In this document: one piece after another, positions 1-13,041 of the stretch | Position numbering within the stretch: the stretch's first letter is position 1 | Layout of the letters: every line of letters begins with the position of its first letter | DNA from: Eledone cirrhosa | Taxonomy: Eukaryota | Direction: 5' to 3' | DNA length: 64,000 bases | Assembly (NCBI GenBank): GCA_964016885.1 | Contig: OZ024742.1 | Location: 195,176,001 to 195,240,000 of the forward strand | The notes under the pieces: model-generated | Database searches by the model: none | What the model was told of the DNA's origin: nothing | Seen by the model: only the letters and a program-made list of their open reading frames with translations | Program-made: the position numbers and the translations under genes

Positions 1-110
1 AGTTTCCATTTATTAATATATTGTATTTTTACTCCAAAAATTTGTTGAGTGCTTTATATCAGTTATAAAAATATTTGCTTGTTGTATCCCAATAAATTAA
101 ATATAACTTC

Positions 111-185
<75 letters not shown>

Positions 186-186
<1 letters not shown>

Positions 187-350
187 TTAATGGGTAAAGT
201 TCTCCTCCGGGCAAAGTTGTTTGCGGAAGACCAGCAGTCGCTCATGCATACCAGTCTCCCCTTCTCTACACCACCGATGTCGCAAGCCATTTCTACAGCT
301 GAGTAAACTGGAGCAACGTGTAATAAAATGTCCTGCTCAAGAACACAACA
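186..350 (-). mobile_element. tRNA-derived SINE body fragment
   Basis: Contains CATTTCTACAGCTGAGTAAACTGGAGCAACGTG...TGCTCAAGAACACAAC, shared with SINE pieces at 7498-7535, 26455-26475 and 26690-26730. Confidence 0.6.
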
Positions 351-449
351 CACACACACATACACACAGGCTCATACATACATATATACATACATACACA
401 CACACATATATATATGTATATATATACAACTATTTCAGTACACTGGGCA

Positions 450-2668
450 GTGACCACCGACTTGTTATGAGTGAGGTCCGGGTGAGCTTAAGAAAGAGCA
501 AGGCTCAGCCCCGGAAAGCCGGAGAGCAATCTATGGCTGGGGAGCTTTCAAGGAAGATGATAAACTACAGGAGATGTTCACAGTAGAAGTGAGGAACAGG
601 TTCAGTGCTCTGTGGAGAGGCAGGGGAGAGAGATATTGAAGGAACTGAGGGGAGTGTGACGAGGAGGTATGGGTACTTCACCAATGCAGTGGCGGAAGCG
701 AGTGAGATCCTGGTGCCGAGGAGAAAGAACAAAAGGAAGCACGTCAACTGTGGAGACCCAAAAGTCTGTGCAGACCCAAAAGTCTGTGCAACCAGAGAAC
801 ACATGACAGCTGCCGAGGACCAATTCTATGCTAATCCTACGGAGGAGAGGATGGAGACTGTGGAGGTGATGACGGAAGAGCTCTGTACCGCTTACACTGA
901 GGTCAGAGAAGAGGCACTGATAGAGAAGATCAGAAGTGTGGAAAGAGTGTTTGGCAGGTCTGCATGTAAGGAGAGCTGGATGATCATCAACGAGATCACA
1001 GGGATGAAGAGAAGGTGTTCGAGTCAGATCCAGGGATCGGGGCCCGAGGATAGGAAGGGGAAATAGCTGGACCATTTTAAGACCCTACTAGGAGAGCCGC
1101 CCTCCACTGCCCAGAGCACTGGGGAGATCAGGCGGCTATTTGAGGAGCTGGATATTGAGACAGGACCCTTCACCAGAGAGGAGCTTCAGAGAGCCAAGAA
1201 GAAGATCAAGGAGGGCAAGGCGCATGGAGAAGATGGAGTGGCATCAGAGGTGATGAAGAGGTGTGATTTTGATGATATCATCCTGGAGTTCTGTAACCAG
1301 GCACTGGAGAAAGGAGTTACCACGAATCAGTGGAGGATCAGTAACATCGTCCCAGTGCCAAAGAAGGGAGATCTCGCTAACACCAAAAACTACAGAGGGA
1401 TCTCACTGACGTCACTTATGGCAAAGACCCTCAATGGGATGATTCTTAACCGGATCCATCCCGAGATGGAGAAGAAGCTCAGGGGCAACCAGAACGGCTT
1501 CAGAGAGGGAAGATCAACCACCAGTCACATCCTGATACTGAGGAGGATATTAGAGGGAGCTAGAGCAAAGTCCCTTCCTGCGGTCATGGTTTTCATTGAC
1601 TTTAGGAAGGCCTTTGATTCTGTGGACCGTCACTCCCTGATGATGATCTTACAGGCTTATGGAATCCCCAAGAAGCTAGTGGACCTGATATCACTGCTCT
1701 ACACCAACGCCAAACCCTAAGTCATTAAACCTGATGGGATGACAGAGTTCTTTGAGATGCTGGCTGGAGTGCTCCAGGGAGATACATTGGCTCTCTACCT
1801 TTTTATCATCGTAGTGGACTATTGTATGCGCCTTGCACTGGGGAAACACTAGGACTCTGGCTTTACTGTAACACCGGCTCAGAGCAGGCGAAAAAGATAT
1901 CGAATGCTGAATTTGCCGACGACATAGTTTTGGTGACAAACACAGTGAAGGAGGCAGAGGATTTGATGCAGGAGGTGGAGACTGTGTCGATGGGTGTGGG
2001 GCTGAGAATGAATGAGATTAAGACAAAATATCTGGTAGAGAATATTAAGAATACAGAGAAGATTACTAATTTAGGTGGGAAGCCGCTAGAATTGGTTGAG
2101 GACTTCCTATATTTGGGAGCAAAGATTGGGACTACGGAAGATGATATGGTCGAGAGGAAGAGCAAAGCCTGGGCGGCGTGCCACAGCTTGAGTTCGGTGT
2201 GGAAGTCGGACCTTCGTAAAGACCTGAACATCCGCCTCTTTGTTGCTGTAGTGGAGTCTGTGCTGCTGTACGGGTCTGAGACCTGGACACTGACCAAGAA
2301 ACTCACTCAGATAGTGGATGGGTGCTACACGAGAATGCTGAGGATGGCTCTGAACAGTAATCAGTATACACTGAGGATGAAGAACTCAGAGCTGTACGGG
2401 AGTCTCCAAAAAGTCAGATCAAAAGTGACACAGAGGAGATTGAGGTTAGCTGGACATGCTCACCGACATCCAGAGTTGACACTGCACTCAGTGCTTCTGT
2501 GGGAGCCCCTGCATGGTCACACTGGAAGAGGAAGACCGAAGTTACCATATGTCGATGCCCTAAGGACAGACACTGGTCTGTTGGAGGCGCAGGAGATGGA
2601 AGTGATAATGAGGGACAGAGACCGCTGGAGAGAACTCGTCCATGGATCTCAGGAATTGTAGCCGCCCT
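450..2668 (+). mobile_element. 5'-truncated RTE-like (RTE/RTEX) non-LTR retrotransposon, pseudogenised
   Basis: End of APE domain (SDHRLV, ~450). RT motifs IVPVPKKGDL..NYRGISL, QNGFR, FIDFRKAFDSV, GVLQGDTL, FADD, FLYLG, SVLLYGSETW, RLRLAGH, GRGRP. Stop at 1064 and frameshifts near 1715 and 1825-1890. Ends GCCGCCC then (TA)n. Confidence 0.93.
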
Positions 2669-2970
2669 ATATATATATATATAAACGGAAAAAATTTCTC
2701 ACTCTTAGTACGGCTGTTACTTAAATATAAGTATGTATACGTACATACATATATGTATACAAGCGTACAATAGTATGTATATATATATACACATACATGC
2801 ACACATATATATATGTACGTATGGATTCACCGAACATTTATTATAATGCTCGGTGTGTTTGTAAACAAACATCCCAAATTAAGCTGTACAGTGTCTAGCA
2901 ACCATCGTTGCTCGTTTGTTCAACACTGACAAAGGAACGCTGTACTAGTTTCAAGCTTATTAGCTATATA

Positions 2971-3020
<50 letters not shown>

Positions 3021-3208
3021 TATATATACATATATATTAGGAAGGCTTCTCTTCAGCGTACTTATTACACAATGGTCGTGATAATGGATCCTCCATCTCT
3101 ATTGATTATAAACATTCAGTCGTTCGATCAACCAAGTGTCTAACTTTTCAATTCAAATGAATAAATAGAGCTTCCGTTACACTTTTGGGATTGGCTGGGG
3201 GCTTAAGT

Positions 3209-3780
3209 ATACGAAGGCCAGGCAAAGCAGGTTCACTGGGAAGCTCATGATGATCCCATTCCTCAACGACAGGGGTATCATCTACATCCACTGGGTCACC
3301 CACGGCCAGACTGTCAACTATGTAGAAGTTTTGAGGCAGTTCAGAAAGAAATTTCGTCGAAAGAGACTAGAACTCATCAAGTCTGATCGGTGGAACCTGC
3401 ACCAGGACAATGGCCCCTGCAACAAATCCTTCCTGCTAACCAACTACTTGACCGATATGGGGACCAAGACTGTCCTTCATCCTCCCTACTGTCCAGATGT
3501 ATCCCCATGTGACTTCTGGGTGTTCCAGAAGCTGAAGGAGAAGCTCAGGTGATATCAACTTTAAGAATGTAGAGGTCATGAAGAAGGCTATGACAAGCGC
3601 CCTGGACACGTTCACTTTGGAGGACTACAAGGGTGGACTTCGAGAAGTGGCTCTAGCGCTACAACAAAGGTATTGAAGTTGGAGGATCCTACTTTGAGGG
3701 TAGCTAGAGTTTTGTGTTGATCTGAGTTAAATAAATGTCTTTCTGATAAAAGTTTCAAAACCACAATAGTGTACCTCGTA
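3209..3780 (+). mobile_element. mariner transposase C-terminal fragment with 3' end
   Basis: ORF 3247-3552 has LHQDNGP and HPPYCPDVSPCDFWVF (mariner HDNARPH / YSPDLAPCDF motifs). Ends ...GTACCTCGTA next to TA. Confidence 0.85.
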
Positions 3781-4074
3781 TATACTGTATTATCATTATT
3801 ATCAACTCCCGGTTTTATCACCAATACGAGTCTAAAAAAGAAATTAAAAATATGATCATATGAACATATTCAAAGTCAATAGAAAATCAGTTCAGTAAAA
3901 ACCAACGCAAAATTGTATTGGAACAAATTATTGGAGGGTCTTCAGCCCCAAAAGCCCCTTAGCGCCGGAAAGCTTGAGAAAATATACCACCGTTAAGAGA
4001 AGATTCTTTACATGAACTAGCGGTATTTCCAACTGTACACAAGTTGACAATCAGCTTCGCTATCATTTAAGGGT

Positions 4075-4275
4075 TAACCTCAGTGGACAGAATGGAGAAT
4101 TAATTACCGTCTAAGTGGCTGAGTATTCCACAGAAACATGTACTCTTAACGTAATTTCTACACTGAATCAGCTTGACACAAAACGTAACAAGGCTGTGTC
4201 TTTGAATTACAAACACAATCCATCTTGTAGTGGTTGAGTATTCCACAAACACGTATACTTTTAACAGAACTCTTA
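4075..4275 (-). mobile_element. decayed SINE tail fragments
   Basis: AAGTGGCTGAGTATTCCACAGA..GTAC..TTAACG motif recurs at 9625-9730, 22605-22710 and 26340-26450. Confidence 0.55.
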
Positions 4276-5147
4276 AGCCAAACCAGCGTCACCCAATTCT
4301 TAATAATGCTGGACCTGTGATTTATAGGTATAATCCTTTCACAGGCTTCCACATAGTTTCCGTTTGTCAAATTTCATCCCCAATGATTGGGTGGACACTC
4401 CGCTATGGTAAACGTACTTGCCCAAACTATGACAAGCCTAAATGTTTTTGGAAAGAGATGAGCAACGAGAAAGTTCTAAAGGGGCCATGTTCAGAGCAGC
4501 AAGGGCTGCGCGTTGTGTTTAGTGCTTGGCCTAGATGCGAGTAAACACAACGTGGGTAATGTTAGAAGGAGAGACGAGTCATTGAGGAGTAGTTGAGTGG
4601 AAGCGCCCCACATTTAGCAAGAAATGTCTATCTTTTGTCATTGTATCAGGACAGACGAATCAGTGAAGAGTGGCATTTAATCTTGTCTAACATACAATCT
4701 CTGACAGTGTACCTCTCAGGCAGAGCAACATTGCCCATGCCTCTCGGCTAAAGGATGACGGCGATACGATTTTCATGAATGGCTCGGCTCTTACTCAGCG
4801 CCCTCTAACATTTTATAATAGATGATCTACAAAACTTCTAAAATCATCAATATTCAGACACAGAACGACTGCGTTCAAAAGAGATTCGTCGATCTGTGTG
4901 TATCTTAGTCAAGCCCGGGTGGAGATGCAATGAGAGAGCCTCAGTGTATCGTTGACTGACAACGATAGACATGGCCACTAGGTTCCTTCAAATAGCACTA
5001 TCCTATCTTTGTTTCATATATCAGAGGACGAACTGTTTATAGATCTGCCCATTCGAAGTTGACGTAAGGCTAAACCGAAATGGCAATGATAATAGTAATA
5101 TTTTAAAACTTTGTACAAGACAATGCATGCATTTCTATATAGAGACC

Positions 5148-5178
<31 letters not shown>

Positions 5179-5179
<1 letters not shown>

Positions 5180-6092
5180 TGTTTCTACTTTAGGCACAAG
5201 GTCAGCAATTACCCAGTGCATTACTGGTACTTTATTTTATCGACCCCGTAAGGATGAAAGGCAACATAATAATGGTTCTACTTTAGGCACAAGGTCAGCA
5301 ATTACCCAGTGCATTACTGGTACTTTATTTCATTGACCCCGTAAGAAAGAAAGGCAAAGCTAAACTCGGCGGGATTTGAACTCAGAACGTAACTATATGC
5401 CTCAAAACATGTTGTCAGACGTTCTACCGATACTGCCAATCCACCGCTATTACTACTACTACTACTACTACTACTACTGCAAAGAAGAAGAAGAAGAAGA
5501 AGAAGAAGAAGAAGAAGAAGAAGAAGAAGAAGAAGAAGAAGAAGAAGAAGAAGAAGAAGAAGAAGAAGAAGAAGAAGAAGAAGAAGAATGTTGGAGCAAT
5601 TCAACAATACAAGGACGAAAAAATGACAACACAAAATGGTGGTTAAATTGACGGTGTAACATTGGATGTAACAATAATAATAATTGTTTCTACTTTTAGG
5701 CACAAGGCCAGCAATTACCCAGTGCATTACTGGTACTTTATTTTATCGACCCCGTAAGGATGAAAGGCAAAGTCAACCTCGGCGGGATTTGAACTCAGAT
5801 CGTAAAGGGACGTAACTATGCTGGAAAGCATGGCGTCCGACCCTCTACCGATACTGCCAATTCAAATAATAATGATTTCTAATTTAGGCACATAGCCGAC
5901 ATTTTTGGGTGGTGGTGATAGTGGTGGTGGTGGTGGTGGTGGTGGGGTGGAATTAAATCGACCCCAGTACTTTACTGGTACTTGATATTAATCATTGACC
6001 GCGGAAAGATTCAAAATCAGAACTTAATGAGTCTGAACAAATACTGCTAAGCATTTGTCCGACGCTCTAACGACTTACCAATCCGCCACCCT
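5179..6092 (-). mobile_element. cluster of four tRNA-derived SINE copies (Meta-domain-like body)
   Basis: Repeated TTTAGGCACAAGG.CAGCAATT...ACTGGTACTTTATTTTATCGACCCCGTAAGGATGAAAGGCAAAG...GGGATTTGAACTCAGA. Minus strand shows B box GAGTTCAAATCC and A box TGGCAGTATCGG. Copies start near 5179, 5274, 5683 and 5875. Confidence 0.85.
5449..5588. repeat. (TAC)n followed by (GAA)n microsatellite
   Basis: Direct inspection. Confidence 0.97.
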
Positions 6093-6149
6093 TAACAATA
6101 ACAATGATGATAATAAATTATAATGATAAAAATACAAAAATATATATAT

Positions 6150-6900
6150 ATTGAAATTTAACAAGGAAATTACTCCAAAAGGAGATGAAGATCTCATGGG
6201 AAATTTTAAGGGAAAACCCACACAAAATTTAGATTATTGTGTCACATTAGGTGTTCTTTCTCGTATATTTTTCATACTTAGTAAAATATAATCATTCTGG
6301 TACATCCACATGCACTCTCCTATCTTTCGTGAAAGACATAGGAGTGTAGCACCTCAGTTTTTGCCCTCACCTTCCACATCAATTTGACGAGGGCCTGGCT
6401 GGAAAGGAAGAATCCTGTCCTTTTAGATTCGACCACGTACAGCTCCTTTCACCACAGCTACCTGGCGGAGGAGATGTAGCCCCGGTTCCATTCTAAAAGA
6501 AGGTGGGGATTCGATTTTCACCATAGACTCGGTTGATAGCCGGATCTGTTCTACAGTTGATAGTAGTTGTTTGACACGAGCTCACAAATTTTCAATGTAG
6601 AAACACTGTGCGATAGCATTCAGGACCGTCTCGTCACCCCGCCCGTGTGCACCTGGAACAGATCCGGCTGTTAGAACTTCCATACCTGTAAAGCTTGTTT
6701 CGAACTGATAGTTCCTCCCTATAACACTGCCATACCAAAAATCTTTGAAAGTTTTCTATAATCCCTGACCTGAAAGTCCTCCAGAAGAGCTTGGTCAGAC
6801 TATCTTCGTCGATGCCCAGAGCCGCTCCAAGGCAGCCACCGCTGAAAAGCCTATATTAACCCTCTATAGAAAACAAGTGGGTTTTTTTTTCAGCTCATAT
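6150..6900 (-). mobile_element. 3' end of an L1/Tx1-like LINE (zf-RVT-like region), decayed
   Basis: Minus-strand translation near 6760-6600 gives ENFQRFLVWQCYREELSVRNKLYRYGS...DETVLNAIAQC, resembling the Cys-rich C-terminus of L1/Tx1 ORF2. Confidence 0.65.
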
Positions 6901-7354
6901 CACGTGGCGTAGCTGATAAAGTACACTAGATGCCTAAAAATAATGATTTGTGTGTGTGGTGTAGAACCTAAGGAGAAAGGAATAGTAGAAAAGCTAAATA
7001 CAAAAGAAAACGCATGACAATGGAATAAAGTAGTGAGATCAACATCAATAACAATATAGATATATTAATAACTAGATAACAATGAAATAGCAATGACAAT
7101 ATACAGCGTCAACATAACAACATGAAACAGTGAGGTTGTTTACGTTGAGTAACAGGGACGAATTAACAATTATAATAAAGTCTAACACATGCCTCTCCAG
7201 GGGATTGCATCTTGAAAGTTCCTCAACAAGGCACGAGCCCAATGAGACCCCTCAACCCGCGAGATGAATAGAATGACTGCTTTGCACCAGTGCCCTCGCA
7301 ACTTATATATAACCTGTACATACACTGTATATACACTATATAGATATATTTATA

Positions 7355-7396
<42 letters not shown>

Positions 7397-7400
<4 letters not shown>

Positions 7401-7701
7401 GTACGATCGACTTTCGTCAAATCGGACCGAGGGAACAATGTTTCCGTTGGTCTTTCCAATTGCTAATACTATCTATCGGTCGCAACTCTAGGTAGAAGGA
7501 GCAACGTGAAATAAAGTGTCTTGCTCAAGGACATAACGCCTCGCCTGGTCCAGGAATCGAACTCACAACCTTACGATTGCGAATCCAATTCTCTAACCAC
7601 TCAGCCACACGCCTTCACTATAGGGATAGATAGTACTAGCAACTGGAAAGACCAACGGAAACATTGTTTCCTCGGTCCGATTTGACGAAAGTCGATCGAT
7701 C

Positions 7702-7703
<2 letters not shown>
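7397..7703 (-). mobile_element. tRNA-headed SINE with atypical tail plus an inverted tail copy, embedded in (TA)n
   Basis: Minus-strand head GTGAAGGCGTGTGGCTGAGTGGTTAGAG...GAGTTCGATTCC at 7618-7550. 7397-7477 is an imperfect inverted repeat of 7626-7703. Second copy at 48192-48413. Confidence 0.8.
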
Positions 7704-7796
<93 letters not shown>

Positions 7797-8161
7797 ATAT
7801 ATGACGTTATCCAAGGGAAAATCGAGGGCCGATCCAGCAGAACCGATCCATCACAACTTATAAATACACTACACTATAAAAGATGTTGTCAAAGGAAAAA
7901 GGCAAATGACGATACAGCCTGACACTAGTGTCATCGCAACTTATACACTATATATATACAATGTATATACACTGTATATACAATATATATATATATATGT
8001 ACTATTTACATTATATATACAATCCTGCGATCCTGTCTGTTTTTGTACTACCGAAAAAGGACCAACGTCCGAACGTCGAACTTACTTTCCCTTTTTCCAC
8101 ATAAAACTAATAAGACTTTTTGTATCTCTGTTTAGTCGTTTCCTTGAACTATATATATATT

Positions 8162-8194
<33 letters not shown>

Positions 8195-8304
8195 ATTTAT
8201 ATATACATATATGTGTGTGTGTGCGTGTGTATGTATATATATATATATAGTAATAACAATAAATGTGAAGCCTAAAATCCAAAGAGGGCTCGTACTTTAA
8301 TCTA

Positions 8305-8383
<79 letters not shown>

Positions 8384-8412
8384 TGAGAGAGAGCGAGAGA
8401 GAGAGAGAGAGA

Positions 8413-8724
8413 GGTAGAACACTGGAAGGTAATATCCGTAGTGGTAGAGCACTCAGTCCATCGGACGAGTTAGGTAGAAGTGGTAACACAACAGTTAGTT
8501 CACCATACCGAGAACAATTGTTTATATATATAATTATTTACAAGAGTAACATGTACAGGTAGTTTCGTTACACCCCAACTCATCCAGCCTAATATATAAC
8601 AGGCTGGATGAGTTGAGGGTGTATAAGCTAATGACACTTAAGTACCTGTATATGTCACTGTTGTAACTAATTATACTTACCTCGTCCTATGGACTGAGTG
8701 CTATTTTCCTTGGACATTTCTACC
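8413..8724. repeat. imperfect fold-back element with degenerate hammerhead-like core
   Basis: AGCACTCAGTCCATCGGACGAG pairs with CTCGTCCTATGGACTGAGTGCT, and CAACTCATCCAGCCT pairs with AGGCTGGATGAGTTG, around a centre at 8591-8600. Confidence 0.7.
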
Positions 8725-8788
8725 AAACTTATACTGAAGTATATATATATATAATATAAAATCAAAAGATGGTTAAAAGAGATCCAAG

Positions 8789-8859
8789 TATTTTATCATG
8801 CGCATTTCAAAAACAAATATCATCATGGGATGATATCTGCGTTCTCATCAGATAAAATA
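8789..8859 (-). ncRNA. type I hammerhead ribozyme fold with mutated cleavage triplet (AUG)
   Basis: Minus strand: TATTTTAT-CTGATGA-GAACGCAGATATCATC(CCAT)GATGATATTTGTTTTT-GAAAT-GCGC-ATG-ATAAAATA. 8-bp stem I, long stem II, palindromic loop 3. Confidence 0.75.
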
Positions 8860-8988
8860 GGGATACATGATATGAAGTATAAAAAACACTTGTGAATAGT
8901 GAAGTTTTAAATCAACATATATTGCTTTATTGCGCTTCAATAAAACTCACCTCCTACATATATACACATATATATACATATATATTAC

Positions 8989-9049
<61 letters not shown>

Positions 9050-9180
9050 AATAATGATGGCTGCGCGTTGCAAATGGTGGTGCATATGAAAAAGTAAGTC
9101 CTTCATCAGTGACCCTCCAACCGTCCCAGGCATTTCATCGCTTTAAGGGCCATATGCCTCAGGTTGGTGCGAACAACGGC

Positions 9181-9442
<262 letters not shown>

Positions 9443-10388
9443 GTTGTCCAAGAAAGATGAATAGGCTGATACAGTTCGATAACAGTGCCGTCGCAACTCG
9501 ATTGGAGTAACAGTTTAATCACTAGGCCCACCTGCTTTCACAATAATAAAGATACATTGATAAATATATCGGGCCTCCGTTGATTTCGACGTTGAGTGCT
9601 CCAGTGTTCGAACTTGTATTACAGTGTAAGTGGCTGGGTATTCTGCAGACACGTGTATTGTCAACTTAATTCCCGAGGCGATTCAGCGTGACACAGTGGG
9701 TTACAATGCTAGCTCTTTGATTACAGGTACATTCCATCCGACTGCTTCCAAATAGTTTCCGTTTAAAAAATTCCACTCACACTTTGCCCAAGATGTTACA
9801 CAATGGGGTCAAACGCGGCTCCTAATGATTGTGAAGCTAACCCCTTCATCATTCAGCCATGCTTCGTTTACGATAAATATATAAACATAAGTAGCAATAA
9901 TAATATAGAACAACGATAAAACAACATGAAAAGAAGTCCAAACGAGTTAAATATGGGGACAAATGATAATGATGGCGGGTGGAAATGTACTGAAAATAAT
10001 CAAACTTAATAAAAATGTTTTAGAAGTAGTACTTACATGTAAAAAAAATCCGACAGCAAGGCATGTCCACGTTAATTGAACAAACTTTGAAAGTGCCATA
10101 TTTTAGAGAATAAACAAATTTTGAATATATATATATATATAATAATATATATTAATATATATATATAAATAAGTATGTATGTGTGAGGCTATCTTATATG
10201 CGTGAGTATATAGGTATATATATATATATATATATAAATATATATTATATGTAACTTATATGTCTGAGTATGTAGATATATGTATATATATATATTGGTG
10301 AGACTATTTTATAAGCGTTTTATAATGCAGGTAGATATATCATATAAGATATATGTATGTTATACGCTTGAGAATATAGGTATATACA

Positions 10389-10470
<82 letters not shown>

Positions 10471-10978
10471 TGTATATACCAAGCGTGTATGTGTTCGTAA
10501 GTGCGTGCGTGTGTTTGTGTGTAATATGTATCTGTAATAGATTCACTATATATCCTTCTGCTGGTTGAAGAAATCAGCCGTTTACTTCAAAACAAACTTT
10601 TTCCTTACTTGCAATTTAGACGATAAGAAGAAAAAAACGTTCATTTCAATTCAGACAGTAGTTTTTGGCAAAAACAGTTCAAGATAATAGAATTCCAACA
10701 ATAGTGTGGGTGGAGATGGGGGGAATTGTTGCTATTCTCTAAGACTTATTTTATGTTTTATATGTATGTTTATGATTATATGTTGTGTACGTATACGTGC
10801 GTGTATCTGTATATTTACAGGCGTACACGTGGGTTTTGTTATTTTGCCCTGTCTCTCTAACTATTCTCTAATCGTAGATAATATCTATTCTTCGTATTGC
10901 AACAGTTGATATTGTTAAATTTTACTTATTACTATTCGACATATATTTACTTCTGTCACGTTATTATTATTATTATTA

Positions 10979-11056
<78 letters not shown>

Positions 11057-11220
11057 ATATTTTATTTGTATATGTGTTTGATGGTCTGTTTTTGATTTTG
11101 GTTTGAGGAGAGGGTGGTGTCTTTTTAATTTCGTATGCAACACAATTTTCGCGCTGTACACACTGACAGGACAATAAAAGTTAATTGCATAAAATCAATA
11201 TATATATATATATATATATA

Positions 11221-11290
<70 letters not shown>

Positions 11291-11936
11291 AAGAAAGTGA
11301 GAAAGAAAGAAGAAAGAGAGACAGAGAGAGAGATTGAAATTCCAAAAATAAATATGCTAAATGTTATTACAAAAAAAAATTAACAATAAAAAGATACGTG
11401 TGGGGGGAGGGGGAAGGGGAATGGAGAATTTCGTGAAAGAAAAAGTAATAATATAGATAGGTAGCCTCTTAAAAATGTCAAGCCCTTGCATAAAAGTCAA
11501 TAAAGCAAGTTTCACTTTCACTACACGTCTAAACACGTGAATGGGAAAATTAGTTTTCTACAACTTCCACTATGAAATCTGTTGTTGTTTTTATTGTTGT
11601 TGTTGTTGTTGGTAAAATTGCTAGCAATCTTTCAACACACTAGATTGTTTTTGTTGTTGTTGTTTGGTTGTAATTGTAGTTGTTGTTTTGTTTTGTATTG
11701 TTTTGTATTGCCTTGAACACATGCTGAAAGTGAAATAACCACAACTGTTGTAGCACGGCGGCAAACGGTGTAAATCCCGCGAAAATCAGATATGACAATT
11801 TTTTTTTTATCTCCTGCTATGTTGTCACTTACATGAGAACCGAATTAAAGAGAGAGAGAGTTGGGGGGGGGGGGGGATATAGATAGATGAAGAAAGGGAT
11901 AGAGATTGATAAATTGGGATATATATAGAAAGATAA

Positions 11937-11983
<47 letters not shown>

Positions 11984-12429
11984 ACTAGATAGATAGAAAG
12001 GGGAGAGAAGAAGGGGAGAAACTTATAAAATATAGATAGATAAAAAGGTAGAGATTTGGAGAGAGATAGGTGGAGTAAAGATATAGAGTGCTATGCAGGA
12101 ATGGTTTGAGGTGTGTTTAAAAAGGTAGTTGTGTAGTGGCAGTATATTAGTTAGTTCTAATAGAGGAGGAAGGGGTGGAGGAGGGCATGATAGAAGAGAG
12201 AACTATATTGAGCAGTTAACCATTCCCTGACACACACGTCATTTCTTCAGCAATGCTATGCTATTTCCATGGTATTCCCGATGTTCCAGCCACTATACCA
12301 CACACACACAACATGTCAAGTTACTACTGCTGTGTAAGGTTGGTGCTGAGGAGTGCGGTAAAATGAAACAGCGTGTGTGTAATTATATGTCTGTGAGTCT
12401 GTATTCATGTGTGTATATTTGTGTTTGTA

Positions 12430-12462
<33 letters not shown>

Positions 12463-12857
12463 GGGTGTGTGGTGCTGTAATCCTCGGTCCGAGCATCTCT
12501 GCATGTATACATATGGTATACAGAGAGAGAGAGAGGGTGGGTGAGAGAGAGAACGGGAGAGAGAGAGAGAGAGAGAGACTCTGTGTGTGCGTGTTTATAT
12601 GTGCGGACTTGGCTATTTGTGTGTATGTATATGTAGTTTTGCGTGCGCGTGGCTGAATGCGGCGAGGCGAGCTGTGTGTGTGTGTGTGTGTGTGTGTGTA
12701 TGCTTGCGTGTATAGTGTGTTTGTGTGAGGGGGCATATATATGTGTGTGTGTATGGTTCTGTGCGTGTCCGAGTATTTGTGTATCCGTGATCGGTAGTAT
12801 ATGTGGTTATGAAGGGAGTGAATGTGTGTGTGCGGTTGTGTAGGTGTGCGTGTACGA

Positions 12858-12908
<51 letters not shown>

Positions 12909-12936
12909 GGCCGAAATACGATTCTCGCTGAATTTA

Positions 12937-12977
<41 letters not shown>

Positions 12978-12982
12978 CTTTT

Positions 12983-13041
<59 letters not shown>

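Noticed and set aside
4440-5080. Possible decayed RT fragment (GSAL.. / FIIDDL-like words)
   Set aside because: Motifs too short and in different frames.
7626-7700. Permuted hammerhead in the SINE tail (GAAAC-ATT-GTT...TTGACGA)
   Set aside because: Stem II cannot be formed and the core is non-canonical.
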